Shown: positions 1 to 9,760, numbered from the stretch's first letter. The stretch is 64,000 nucleotides of DNA from an uncultured SAR86 cluster bacterium (GCA_902594005.1 CACJKN010000003.1:7219-71218), one strand, 5' to 3'. Numbers and translations are program-made. Notes: a model not told the origin generated them from the letters alone.

Positions 1-1
1 A

Positions 2-1417
2 GTAATTGGTTTAGAAGTTCATGCACAACTGTCTACAAATACTAAACTCTTCTCCAGTGCATCAACTAAGTTTGGTTCAGAGCCTAACTCTCAAGTTGAT
101 TTAGTTGATTTGGGTTTACCAGGAGTTCTGCCTGTTGTTAATAAGGATGCATTTAAAAAAGCAATAAGATTTGGATTAGCAATTGAAGCAGATATTAATC
201 AGGAATCTACTTTTGATAGAAAAAATTATTTTTATCCCGATCTGCCAAAAGGTTATCAAATAACTCAAATGACAAAACCTATAGTAGAGGGAGGATCTAT
301 CGATATTGATGTGGATGGAGATAAAAAAACCATAAACATTACAAGAGCGCATCTTGAGGAAGATGCTGGAAAGTCAATACATGATGCCTATCCAGATAAA
401 TCTGTTATTGATTTAAACAGAGCAGGAACTCCCCTGCTTGAGATTGTATCTGAGCCAGAAATATCTAGCGCCAAAGAAGCTGTTTCTTACATGAAGGCTT
501 TGCATCAACTTGTTACATTTCTAGATGTATGTGATGGTGATATGTCGCAAGGATCTCTTCGCTGCGATGCAAATGTTTCTATTAGAAAAGTTGGTGATGC
601 TGAGTTAGGCACTAGAACTGAGATAAAAAATATTAATTCATTTAGGTTTATTGAAAAAGCTATTAATTTCGAAATCAAAAGACAAATTAAAGTACTAGAG
701 AGCGGTGAAAAAGTTACCCAAGAAACAAGGCTTTATGATAGTGGAAAGGATGAAACAAGGCCGATGCGATCAAAAGAGTTTGCGAATGACTACAGATACT
801 TTCCTGATCCTGATCTGCTACCAGTAGTTATTTCTGATGATGAGATGGAGGAAATAAGAAGTACTTTCCCTGAACTTCCAGCAGATAAATCAAGAAGATA
901 TATTTCAGAATTCCAAATTGACGAAAGTGAGGCTGAAATTATTTCCTCGTCAAGAGAACTATCTAATTTCTTTGAGGTTGCAGTAGAATCTAAAAACGAT
1001 CCAAAACTTGCTGCTAATCTTATAGTGGGTGAAATTGGTTCCTTGCTTAATAAGGATAATATAAAGATAGATGAATCTAAACTTTCGTCAGACAATTTTA
1101 ATATTCTGCTTCAAAGAATATCTGATGGAACAATATCTAAAAAAATAGCAAAAACTATACTTGCTGAAATTTGGGAAACAGGCAGAAATGCAGATGAAAT
1201 AATTAATGACCAAGGATTGGTTCAGATTCAAGATGAGAATCTTCTTGAAGAAGTAATCACAAAAGTAATCGAATCAAATACAAAACAAGTTGAAGATTAC
1301 AAAAATGGTAAAGATAAGCTCTTCGGTTTCTTTGTTGGCCAAGTAATGAAAGAAACTCAAGGGAAAGCTAACCCCCAAGCAGTGAACGATTTATTGAAAA
1401 AAGCGCTAAATTCTTAA
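2..1417 (+). CDS. gatB: Asp/Glu-tRNA(Asn/Gln) amidotransferase subunit B, 5' end outside window
   Basis: The frame is open from nt 2 (VIGLEVHAQL..LGLPGVLPVVNK). GatB motifs RKNYFYPDLPKGYQITQ, TRAHLEEDAGKS and LNRAGTPLLEIVSEP are present, with a YqeY-like C-terminal tail. The ORF-track start at 110 is an internal TTG. Confidence 0.93.
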   Translation, partial: VIGLEVHAQLSTNTKLFSSASTKFGSEPNSQVDLVDLGLPGVLPVVNKDAFKKAIRFGLAIEADINQESTFDRKNYFYPDLPKGYQITQMTKPIVEGGSIDIDVDGDKKTINITRAHLEEDAGKSIHDAYPDKSVIDLNRAGTPLLEIVSEPEISSAKEAVSYMKALHQLVTFLDVCDGDMSQGSLRCDANVSIRKVGDAELGTRTEIKNINSFRFIEKAINFEIKRQIKVLESGEKVTQETRLYDSGKDETRPMRSKEFANDYRYFPDPDLLPVVISDDEMEEIRSTFPELPADKSRRYISEFQIDESEAEIISSSRELSNFFEVAVESKNDPKLAANLIVGEIGSLLNKDNIKIDESKLSSDNFNILLQRISDGTISKKIAKTILAEIWETGRNADEIINDQGLVQIQDENLLEEVITKVIESNTKQVEDYKNGKDKLFGFFVGQVMKETQGKANPQAVNDLLKKALNS

Positions 1418-1872
1418 GTGACCCAAAGACCAAGTTGTTCAGCAATAAAGGCTGGTTTTTCGGAGCCCTCTAGCTCCATAGTAACCTCGCTTTTAATAAG
1501 AAACTGACCTGGGTTCTTTTCCTTAACTTCTACAATCTTTGAGTGCATTCTTATTCTAGAATTTACAGGAACAGGTGCAAGAAATCTAATTTTATCTAAT
1601 CCATAGTTTAGACTCATTTTTGAGCCCTCAACAACTAAAGCATTTTCCTCTCCCATTCCCGAAGTCAGAGATAATGATAAAAATCCATGCGCAATTGTTG
1701 ATCCAAATATTGGTTCAGCTTGTTCAGGATCAACATGAATAAATTGATGATCATTAGTTGCATCAGCAAAATTATTTATTCTTTCTTGATCAATAGTCAT
1801 CCACTCACTAGGTTCAAGCGACTTACCAACATAACTATCCAATTCTTCAGGTTTTACAAATGTCATTGGCAT
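1414..1872 (-). CDS. MaoC-like hot-dog fold (R)-specific enoyl-CoA hydratase/dehydratase
   Basis: 152 aa with the MaoC-type segment FADATNDHQFIHVDPEQA..GSTIAHGFLSLSL. An AGGAGA Shine-Dalgarno lies 5 nt upstream. It starts 9 nt after the acyl-CoA synthetase stop. Confidence 0.8.
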   Translation of the reverse strand: MPMTFVKPEELDSYVGKSLEPSEWMTIDQERINNFADATNDHQFIHVDPEQAEPIFGSTIAHGFLSLSLTSGMGEENALVVEGSKMSLNYGLDKIRFLAPVPVNSRIRMHSKIVEVKEKNPGQFLIKSEVTMELEGSEKPAFIAEQLGLWVT

Positions 1873-1881
1873 AATATTCTC

Positions 1882-3501
1882 CTACATATAGTGCTCTTTA
1901 TATTCTTCCCTTAAATCGATCTTTTTCACCTTTCCTGTAGCACCTATTGGCAATTCTTTTAAGAAGACTACCTGATCAGGAAGTTGCCATTTTTCAAACT
2001 TCTTTAGCATTAATTCATCTAATTCTTCTCTATTAATTTCATTACCAGAATTAGAAACAACAAATAAAAGTGGTCTTTCATCCCATTTTGGATGAGGAAT
2101 GCCAACAACTGCTGTTTGCATTACATCTGGATGACTAGCTACAGCATTTTCGACATCGATTGAACTAATCCATTCGCCACCTGATTTAATGACATCTTTT
2201 TCTCTATCAACAATAGACATATATCCATCTGGATCTATTGAAGATATGTCGCCCGTATCAAACCAGCCATCTTTGTCTACAGCATCCTCTTCAGCTTTAA
2301 AATATTTCTTAATAATCCAAGGGCCTCTTACTAATAAGCTTCCTGAAGCCTTACCATCATTTGGAAGAGTGTTACCATCAGAATCTACTATCTTCATCTC
2401 TACACCAAAAACAGGTTTACCTGCTTTAACTTGAATTGCATACTTTTCATCATCAGACATTTCCTCCATTTCTGGGGTTGGGAAATTTGTTGTTCCAAGA
2501 GGGCTCATCTCAGTCATACCCCATCCTTGAAGAACGGTTACTCCATGAACTTTATCAAACTCTTTTATCATTGCTACTGTTACTGCTGAACCTCCTATTA
2601 CAGTACTATTCATTGATTCAAGGACAACATTATTTTCTCTACAATATCCTAACAACTGCATCCAAACTGTTGGCACCCCAAAGGCAAGTGTTACCTTCTC
2701 CTCCTTGCACATTTCATAGAGAGATTCACCATCCATTGCCATTCCAGGCATTACAATTTTAAGTCCATAAATTGCACCATAGTATGGAACCCCCCATGCC
2801 ATAACGTGGAACATAGGAACAACCATTAATACAGAGTCATCTCCTTCAATTTTTAAAGCCTTTGGTCCAGCTGCTGAAATTGCGTGAAGAATAGTCGATT
2901 TATGCGAATATAAAACTCCTTTTGGATTTCCTGTTGTGCCCGATGTATAGCAAAGCCCACAAGCTGCATTATCAGGAAGGTCTGGCCAGACAAAATTTTC
3001 ATCACCATCTTCAATATATTCTTCATATGACAAACAATTTTTGAGAGAAGTTTCAGGCATCTCATCTTTATTGCAGAAGACAATATATTTCTCAACAGTA
3101 CTGAGGTTTTCTTGAAGCGCTTCTAGGATAGGAACAAAAGGTGCCTCAACAAAGATTACTTTATCCTCAGCATGATTAATTATGTAAACTGCCTGCTCGG
3201 GATGTAATCTAAAATTCAAAGTATGAACAACTGCACCCATTCCTGAAACACCATAATATGCCTCAAGATGCCTAAATGTGTTTAGAGCAAGAGTGGCGAT
3301 GACATCTCCTTGCTTATAACCATCTTGAGAAAGCTTTGAAGCTAACTTCCTTGATCTAACACATACCTCTTTGTAGTTAGTCCTATGGACTTCACCACTT
3401 ACTAATTTACTTACTACTTCAGACTCAGGATAAATATCTGCAGCATACTCTATAATGCTTGCAACATTTGGTTTCCAGTCTTGCATATCTCCTAATAACA
3501 T
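1882..3501 (-). CDS. AMP-dependent acyl-CoA synthetase (fatty-acid--CoA ligase family)
   Basis: AMP-binding motifs [19 protein letters not shown] and [10 protein letters not shown] moved the start to the ATG at 3501 (MLLGDMQDW) because AAGGGAGG precedes it. The longer ORF to 3585 would overlap the upstream DUF1330 gene. Confidence 0.88.
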   Translation of the reverse strand: MLLGDMQDWKPNVASIIEYAADIYPESEVVSKLVSGEVHRTNYKEVCVRSRKLASKLSQDGYKQGDVIATLALNTFRHLEAYYGVSGMGAVVHTLNFRLHPEQAVYIINHAEDKVIFVEAPFVPILEALQENLSTVEKYIVFCNKDEMPETSLKNCLSYEEYIEDGDENFVWPDLPDNAACGLCYTSGTTGNPKGVLYSHKSTILHAISAAGPKALKIEGDDSVLMVVPMFHVMAWGVPYYGAIYGLKIVMPGMAMDGESLYEMCKEEKVTLAFGVPTVWMQLLGYCRENNVVLESMNSTVIGGSAVTVAMIKEFDKVHGVTVLQGWGMTEMSPLGTTNFPTPEMEEMSDDEKYAIQVKAGKPVFGVEMKIVDSDGNTLPNDGKASGSLLVRGPWIIKKYFKAEEDAVDKDGWFDTGDISSIDPDGYMSIVDREKDVIKSGGEWISSIDVENAVASHPDVMQTAVVGIPHPKWDERPLLFVVSNSGNEINREELDELMLKKFEKWQLPDQVVFLKELPIGATGKVKKIDLREEYKEHYM

Positions 3502-3514
3502 AATTATTCCTCCC

Positions 3515-3829
3515 TTAATTTCTTGGTGGTTGTCCTTTAACTTTAAAAATTGAAATGGTATCAGTACCCTCTCTTCTAAAAGCACTTAATTCTTGATATT
3601 CGACACTGCTATACCATTGATCGGCTAAGTTTTCATTTGGAAAAGAAAAAATTATAACTCTGCCTGAAACTTCTGAACTTCCTTCAAGTTGACCAATATT
3701 ATCGTCATAAGTAATGAAATGGCCTTCATATTTTTTTAATATCGGAAAGAAACCTTTTTCATATTTTTTATAAGTATCAGGATCTTGGATTACGATATTT
3801 GCTACAACATATACTGGAACTTCACTCAT
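3515..3829 (-). CDS. DUF1330-family small protein
   Basis: 104 aa with the pattern I recall for DUF1330 (..Y..Y......L..Y.G.F......LEG......VII.FP....A..WY.S.EYQ.....R). It is the first gene of a DUF1330 / acyl-CoA synthetase / MaoC string. Confidence 0.65.
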   Translation of the reverse strand: MSEVPVYVVANIVIQDPDTYKKYEKGFFPILKKYEGHFITYDDNIGQLEGSSEVSGRVIIFSFPNENLADQWYSSVEYQELSAFRREGTDTISIFKVKGQPPRN

Positions 3830-3887
3830 ATTTCTTAAAATCTAAATTAAATATTAACCTAATATTCTTATAATAAAAATATCTTTA

Positions 3888-4928
3888 TTATTTAATTCGA
3901 AAGCGCTTTTTTAAACCATTTATTTCATGCTTATCTGTTTCATTAAAAATTTGGTTGAGTTGATGGAGGTATGGATAAAAAAACTTTTTTATTTTTCCAT
4001 TCCAGTTCCAAAGGAGGAAATCTAGATCTTTTTTTTCATCATCTGAAAAGCTCGATGAAATGTTTATTTTCAAAAAATGACTTAAATTAATGAGTTCTTT
4101 AGGAAAGCCTCTATCTTTTAGAATATCATCGAGCATTATTTGTTTTTCCTTTAATGCATTGTCTAATATTTCAATAGCAATAAGATCTATTAACTCTATA
4201 CCAGACGCATTTAACAGAAACCCAGATACTTTTTCATCATCTTTAGAAAAAAAGCCATCAAAATTTTGCATAACAATCTTAGGAACACAATAATCATTTG
4301 CAAAAGTATTATCCCAAATTATTAAGTCTCTATCCTCACGAAACAACTCTTTCCAACTATCAATATTATTATCAGAATAATTGGATGTTATAACTTGATT
4401 TCCAGTCCAAAAGAAAGGAATACTTATATCAACTTTATCTAATTCTGCTAAATAAGAATTATTAGAATTTTCAACCATATGTTTACAATACTGTGACGGC
4501 ACACAAGAAAAATTAATATTTGGAAACTTTTCTAAGCAAAGTTCAAGCACTTGTTTATGAAGAGAGAATTGCTCTTTTTCCTTAGGAATATCATCAAAAA
4601 GAATACAGAAATTTTCTATAGATAGCTTCTTAAAGATGCCTATTTTTCTCTCTAAATATTCAAAATCTTTTAACTCCAAAGATGCGCCCGGAGAAATGCC
4701 AAAGATAATATCAATTCCAGCACTATCTGCATTGGACTTGAATTTTTTAAAATCTTCTATCCAATCAATTGGATAATCATCTTTCCATCTAACTCTATGA
4801 TAAGGATCCTCTTTCGGGCAATAAAAATAAGTGTTGCATCCGACCTGATGAAGCTTTGATATTATAGAATCTCTCTCTTTCCAAGATAGTTCAACACCAT
4901 AATAGCCCTCAATGTAGCCTGTTATCAT
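3888..4928 (-). CDS. GH84-family beta-N-acetylglucosaminidase (O-GlcNAcase-like) homolog, no signal peptide
   Basis: Motif series GYIEGYYG, YFYCPKEDPYHR, GISPG, CILFDDI (Asp-Asp pair), PSQYC, FWTGNQVIT and IWDNTFANDY, in the same order as GH84 catalytic domains recalled from memory. The start is set at ATG 4928, which forms an ATGA overlap with the moeB stop. The ORF-track start at 4946 is 6 codons longer. Confidence 0.7.
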   Translation of the reverse strand: MITGYIEGYYGVELSWKERDSIISKLHQVGCNTYFYCPKEDPYHRVRWKDDYPIDWIEDFKKFKSNADSAGIDIIFGISPGASLELKDFEYLERKIGIFKKLSIENFCILFDDIPKEKEQFSLHKQVLELCLEKFPNINFSCVPSQYCKHMVENSNNSYLAELDKVDISIPFFWTGNQVITSNYSDNNIDSWKELFREDRDLIIWDNTFANDYCVPKIVMQNFDGFFSKDDEKVSGFLLNASGIELIDLIAIEILDNALKEKQIMLDDILKDRGFPKELINLSHFLKINISSSFSDDEKKDLDFLLWNWNGKIKKFFYPYLHQLNQIFNETDKHEINGLKKRFRIK

Positions 4929-5662
4929 CCTTTGTTTTCTCCACAAATCTTACACAATACATCTTTTTTAAGTTTTGGCTGAGAAATACTAAGATCAGAT
5001 AAATTTATTCGCATTACCGAACTCCTAAATGCATTATCAGCAATAATTTTTAGAGCAATTGAAGCCATAAAAGACCCAATTATGCCTAGCACTGAAGGTG
5101 TAATACCAGAGTTTTGGCAGGTATTTTCATTTAAGTTATAGTTTCTTGGGAATAGGCACTCATAACAAGGAGAATCTTCTTTAAAGTTAAAAGCAGCAAC
5201 AATTCCTAGCATCCCCTCTGCAGCTCCAGATATTAAGGGTTTTTTATGCTCATGACACACATCATTAGAGACATATCTTGTTTGAAAATTATCAGAAGCA
5301 TCAAAAATCAAATCATGATGTTCAATTAATTCGAATAGATCTTTTTCCTCAAGGAATTTATTTATTGATTTAATATCAATAAATTCATAATCATTCTTAA
5401 ATTTCTCTTTCAAGACTTCTGCTTTTCTTTTATTGAGATCGCTTGCATTAAAATGGTATTGTCTGTGAAGATTTGATAGCTCTACCTTATCACCATCAGC
5501 AATTGAAATATTTCCAAAACCTGTCGAAACTAAATAGGTGAGTAGCGGATGAGCAATGCCACCTCCTCCGATTACAAGACAGTTTGTATCAAAAATCTTT
5601 TTTTGTAATTTCTCGGAGAAATTATCTATAAGTAACTGTTTTTGAAAAAAATCTAAATTCAT
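4925..5662 (-). CDS. moeB: ThiF/MoeB-family adenylyltransferase (molybdopterin-synthase adenylyltransferase-like)
   Basis: Nucleotide-binding segment VIGGGGIAHPLLTYL..DGDKVELSNLHRQ and two CxxC pairs (CYEC, CKIC) as in MoeB/ThiF. It lies after prmC, as in Pseudomonas hemA-prfA-prmC-moeB. An ATGA overlap joins it to the prmC stop. Confidence 0.8.
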   Translation of the reverse strand: MNLDFFQKQLLIDNFSEKLQKKIFDTNCLVIGGGGIAHPLLTYLVSTGFGNISIADGDKVELSNLHRQYHFNASDLNKRKAEVLKEKFKNDYEFIDIKSINKFLEEKDLFELIEHHDLIFDASDNFQTRYVSNDVCHEHKKPLISGAAEGMLGIVAAFNFKEDSPCYECLFPRNYNLNENTCQNSGITPSVLGIIGSFMASIALKIIADNAFRSSVMRINLSDLSISQPKLKKDVLCKICGENKG

Positions 5663-6441
5663 TTTTGTGCCAATATCACTCTATCATTTCCTGATAGATC
5701 TTTTATCTTTCTAATTAATTTTAAATCATTTTTATAAATAATTTTCTCCACATGCTCGCTTTGATCAAAGCCATGCTCTAATAGCAGTAATCCATCTTTC
5801 TTAAGTAAATTTTTGGCTTGTTGAGAAATAATTTCGAAAGCTTCTAGACCGTGTAATTCAGAAACAAGGGCTAATAATGGCTCATGCTTTAGATCTGCTA
5901 GGTGAGAATCATCTTTATCAATATATGGGGGATTAGAAATTATGCAGTCGATAGAATTTTCTTGAAAACATGAAGCCCAGTTTGATTGGATTAAAAAGAA
6001 ATTTTTTTTCATGTAAGTTAGGTCATTCTTTCTTGCAACTAGAATAGCTTCTTCAGAAATATCTACACCAAATACAATGAAACTCTCATTTAACATTGCT
6101 AAAGAAATGCCAATGCATCCTGATCCTGTGCCAAGATCACATAGAATTGAGCCATCAGATAAATTTAAACTTTTTATGGTATCCACAAGAACTTCTGTTT
6201 CAGGTCTTGGAATGAGAACTCTTTGGTCTACAAAATATTTTCTTCCGTAAAATTCAGAGTTTCCAATTAAGTAATCCCTCGGGTATCCTTCTTCTAAAGA
6301 TTTAGCAACATTTTCTATTTTACTGATTTGACTTTGAGTAAATTTAGATGAGTCTTTAAATTTTTCTTTTATGAAGAAATTTATGTCCCTTTTGGTCTCA
6401 AAGCTTAATTCAGAAAGATCAATATTTTTTTCAGACTTCAT
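5659..6441 (-). CDS. prmC: Release factor glutamine N5-methyltransferase
   Basis: SAM-binding DLGTGSGCIG and the NPPY motif (ISNPPYI). It lies directly downstream of prfA with an ATGA overlap. Confidence 0.92.
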   Translation of the reverse strand: MKSEKNIDLSELSFETKRDINFFIKEKFKDSSKFTQSQISKIENVAKSLEEGYPRDYLIGNSEFYGRKYFVDQRVLIPRPETEVLVDTIKSLNLSDGSILCDLGTGSGCIGISLAMLNESFIVFGVDISEEAILVARKNDLTYMKKNFFLIQSNWASCFQENSIDCIISNPPYIDKDDSHLADLKHEPLLALVSELHGLEAFEIISQQAKNLLKKDGLLLLEHGFDQSEHVEKIIYKNDLKLIRKIKDLSGNDRVILAQK

Positions 6442-7529
6442 TTATTATCTAATTCAAGCTGAGCAAGCATTTCTAGCTGATTTTCTGCTATTAAGGCATC
6501 GCTGATAGATCTTATATCTCCATCCATTACTTGATCAAGATTATGCTGGGTAAGTTTAATTCTATGGTCAGTAACTCTTCCTTGAGGAAAATTATAAGTT
6601 CTAATTTTTTCACTTCTATCGCCAGAGCCTACAAGGATCTTCCTTTCAGAAGCTATTTCAGCTTGCTGATTTTCTTCTTCCTGTTTTTTTAACTTTGCGC
6701 TTAAGAGGGATAATGCTTTTGTCTTATTTTTGTGCTGTGACCTATCATCTTGACACTCTACAACCAAACCACTTGGAAGATGAGTAATTCTTACAGCTGA
6801 GTCAGTTTTATTAACATGCTGACCCCCTGCTCCAGACGCTCTGAAAGTATCTACTCTTATTTCTGATTTATCTATCTCTATATCATCTATTTCTTCTGCC
6901 TCAGGAAGAACAGCAACGGTACATGTTGATGTGTGGACTCTACCTTGTGATTCAGTTTCAGGAACTCTTTGAACCCGATGAACTCCCGATTCAAATTTAA
7001 GTGTTTTGTAGACTAGCTTTCCTGATATTTTTGCAATTATCTCTTTAAAGCCTCCATGCTCTGCATCTTTCTGGGAAATAATTTCAATAATCCATTTTTC
7101 CCTTTCTGCTAATCTAGAGTACATCCTAAATAAGTTACCTGAAAAAATCCCAGCTTCATCCCCTCCTGCTCCGGCTCTAATTTCTAAAAAAGCTGATCGT
7201 TCATCATCCTCATCAACTGGTAAAAGCATTAACTTTAGTTCTCCAAGGATTTCATTCATTGAGTTTTCTGTTTCTTCAACCTCTATTTGAGCCAATTCTT
7301 TAATTTCATTTTCATCAGACTTTGAAAGACTTATTGCTTGTCTATTTTCATCGAGAACCTTTAGATACTTGGAATAAAGATCAACAATAGGTTGAATATG
7401 CGAAAACTCTTTATTTAATGAAATTAAATCATCTTGATTTAAAGTTGAGGATTCCTCAATTAATTGTTTTTCAATTTCCGAAAGGCGTTCTGAAAGTTTT
7501 ATTAGCTTTGCCTCAATAGAATCTTGCAT
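6438..7529 (-). CDS. prfA: Peptide chain release factor 1
   Basis: GGQ motif (SGAGGQHVNKTDSAVRITHLPSG) and the RF1-type segment RVQRVPETESQGRVHTS. hemA-prfA-prmC order is conserved. Confidence 0.96.
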   Translation of the reverse strand: MQDSIEAKLIKLSERLSEIEKQLIEESSTLNQDDLISLNKEFSHIQPIVDLYSKYLKVLDENRQAISLSKSDENEIKELAQIEVEETENSMNEILGELKLMLLPVDEDDERSAFLEIRAGAGGDEAGIFSGNLFRMYSRLAEREKWIIEIISQKDAEHGGFKEIIAKISGKLVYKTLKFESGVHRVQRVPETESQGRVHTSTCTVAVLPEAEEIDDIEIDKSEIRVDTFRASGAGGQHVNKTDSAVRITHLPSGLVVECQDDRSQHKNKTKALSLLSAKLKKQEEENQQAEIASERKILVGSGDRSEKIRTYNFPQGRVTDHRIKLTQHNLDQVMDGDIRSISDALIAENQLEMLAQLELDNK

Positions 7530-8758
7530 TATTTATAATTAGAAATTATTGAAATAAGTTTTTGGCCATCGATAAGTTCAATTTTTTTTCTAAGCTTTTC
7601 TGATAATTGAATATCGTTTGTGTTTTCAACAAGAGTTAAAAACTCTAAATTTATGTCGTTGTCATTGGGAAGTTCAAATACTCTTTTATCGTCTATAGAT
7701 TGAAGAAGTTTTAATATCTCAAAAGCAAATTTGTCATCTTCTATCTTTGAATTAATAGTTTTATGTGATTTTAAGGCTTGATATTTGATGATCTCTTTTC
7801 CTCTTCCAGCTTCAACCAATCTTTCTTCAAGATTATCTTGAGAAATCTTTTCGATATCATCAATTGAAAACAAGTAAACCAGTTCTAAATCTTCTATTTC
7901 TGGCTCAACATTTCTAGGAACAGCCAAATCTATTATCATCATTGGTTTGTTTCCTCTATTTTTAAATGCATTTTCAACTGCTCCTTTACCGATAATTGGT
8001 GTAAGACTTGATGCAGAGCAAATAATAATATCAGCATTAATAATTTCTCTATGGACTAGATTTAGAGGCATTGGAATTATAGAAAAATCTTCAGATATCT
8101 TTATTTCTTTTATAGTTCTATTTATAGCAGAAATAGACCTCAAGCCTTTGTCAAAGAGGTTTTTAATTATAGATTTTGCTAAATCTCCTCCTCCAATCAC
8201 AAGGACATCCTTGCTTTCAGGATTCTCAAATATTTCCTTTACGAGGTTGAATGATAAGCCACTAACAGATAATGGATTTATACCTATCTTTGTTTCAGTT
8301 CTTACTTTTTTTGTAATTTCAAAAACTTTTTCAACATAAATCATAAGTTCTTTACCAACGATCCTAAAAGCTTTGGCTGAGTTATATGCGTTTTTAAATT
8401 GTCCAAATATTTCTTGCTCTCCAACTACTTGAGAATCTATGCCGCAACAAACTCTACACATATGCTCAAATGCTTTTAAACCGTCATAAATATAAAAGTT
8501 TTTATCAGGTATATCAGAAATATTAAGAGCCTCTTTAGTTAGCTTTAGGACATCATCTTCTATGCCCTTATCTCCATAGAAATATATTTCAGTCCTATTA
8601 CATGTAGAAAGGCCAAAAAAACCAGAAATCTTTGTATCTAATTTTGAAATTAGAAAATCATTTAGATAAACGAGATTAGAATCATCAACGATAAATCTTT
8701 CTCTATCTGAAACCTTTGAGGTCTTATGGTTTATTCCAACTAGGTGAATTTCTTGCAT
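7529..8758 (-). CDS. hemA: Glutamyl-tRNA reductase
   Basis: Catalytic-Cys motif LSTCNRTEIY and the NADPH-binding VIGGGDLAK. It is divergent from ispE, as in E. coli and Pseudomonas. Confidence 0.93.
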   Translation of the reverse strand: MQEIHLVGINHKTSKVSDRERFIVDDSNLVYLNDFLISKLDTKISGFFGLSTCNRTEIYFYGDKGIEDDVLKLTKEALNISDIPDKNFYIYDGLKAFEHMCRVCCGIDSQVVGEQEIFGQFKNAYNSAKAFRIVGKELMIYVEKVFEITKKVRTETKIGINPLSVSGLSFNLVKEIFENPESKDVLVIGGGDLAKSIIKNLFDKGLRSISAINRTIKEIKISEDFSIIPMPLNLVHREIINADIIICSASSLTPIIGKGAVENAFKNRGNKPMMIIDLAVPRNVEPEIEDLELVYLFSIDDIEKISQDNLEERLVEAGRGKEIIKYQALKSHKTINSKIEDDKFAFEILKLLQSIDDKRVFELPNDNDINLEFLTLVENTNDIQLSEKLRKKIELIDGQKLISIISNYK

Positions 8759-8884
8759 TATTTAAGTTAAGTATTTAGCTGTAGCTAAAAATTGATTGAT
8801 TTGAAAGATTTTTTTTCATTTTTGATCAAAACTATGAATGTTATTATACAACTTATCTAGTAAAGAAAAATAATTGAAGCAAAA

Positions 8885-9673
8885 ATGAAGTTTTTATCTC
8901 CTGCAAAGTTAAATCTTAACTTGAGAGTTATTTCAAAAAGAATTGATGGTTATCATAATTTAGAAACCACCTTCCAGTTTATAGACCTATTCGATGAGAT
9001 TACATTCAAGAAAAGTAATGAATCTTTCAATATTAGCTGTGATGGTTTAGAGATAGAGCCTGAAAATAATTTAATTTTTAAATCATTCAACGCAATCAAA
9101 GAATATTGTGAAGTAGATGAAGGTGTTCAGATTCATTTAAAAAAGAATATTCCAGTTGGGGCTGGGCTTGGAGGTGGAAGCTCTAATGCAGCAACAACTC
9201 TAATTGCATTAAATAAAATTTGGGATCTTGATTTGTCTAGGGAAGAGTTAGCTAAGATTGGGAAGCCTTTAGGGGCAGATATTCCTTTATTTATATATGG
9301 TAAAAATGCTATTGCAACAGGAATTGGTGACGTTCTTTTAGATGTTGAATTTAGAAAAAATAAATTCTTACTTATTTCTCCAAATATTGAAGTTTCAACT
9401 GGTGAAATGTTCAGAAAACTCAAAATTGATAAATTAAGTCCCAAACATCAAAATTCATTCCTGGATACTCTACTTAGAGAAAATAAAAGCATTGAAGAAT
9501 TTTATGCTAGCAATATAAATGATTATGATTTGAAGCTATCTGGAACTGGTTCAACGCTCTTTATAGAGTATGACAAAAAAGATGATTTAAAAAAAATATT
9601 ACAAAAAATTCCAAAAAATTGGAGATTCTTTTTCTGTGAAGGATTACAATACTCACCATTGACAGGAGTTTAA
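8885..9673 (+). CDS. ispE: 4-diphosphocytidyl-2-C-methyl-D-erythritol kinase
   Basis: N-terminal PAKLNLNLRV and the GHMP-kinase loop PVGAGLGGGSSNAA. It lies upstream of tRNA-Gln and prs. Confidence 0.92.
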   Translation: MKFLSPAKLNLNLRVISKRIDGYHNLETTFQFIDLFDEITFKKSNESFNISCDGLEIEPENNLIFKSFNAIKEYCEVDEGVQIHLKKNIPVGAGLGGGSSNAATTLIALNKIWDLDLSREELAKIGKPLGADIPLFIYGKNAIATGIGDVLLDVEFRKNKFLLISPNIEVSTGEMFRKLKIDKLSPKHQNSFLDTLLRENKSIEEFYASNINDYDLKLSGTGSTLFIEYDKKDDLKKILQKIPKNWRFFFCEGLQYSPLTGV

Positions 9674-9678
9674 AGAGA

Positions 9679-9753
9679 TGGGGTGTGGCCAAGCGGTAAG
9701 GCAACGGGTTTTGATCCCGTCATGCGTAGGTTCGAATCCTACCACCCCAGCCA
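9679..9753 (+). tRNA. tRNA-Gln (anticodon UUG)
   Basis: 75 nt (TGGGGTGTGGCCAAGCGGTAAGGCAACGGGTTTTGATCCCGT..GGTTCGAATCCTACCACCCCAGCCA), close to E. coli tRNA-Gln. The anticodon loop is TTTTGAT and CCA is encoded. Confidence 0.93.
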
Positions 9754-9760
9754 AATAAAT

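Noticed and set aside
3502-3585. A 28-codon N-terminal extension of the acyl-CoA synthetase ORF.
   Set aside because: It overlaps the DUF1330 gene. The internal ATG at 3501 has an AAGGGAGG ribosome-binding site, and the conserved sequence starts there.
9683-9760. An upstream extension of the prs ORF.
   Set aside because: It is simply a translation of the tRNA-Gln gene. The conserved Prs sequence begins at ATG 9761.
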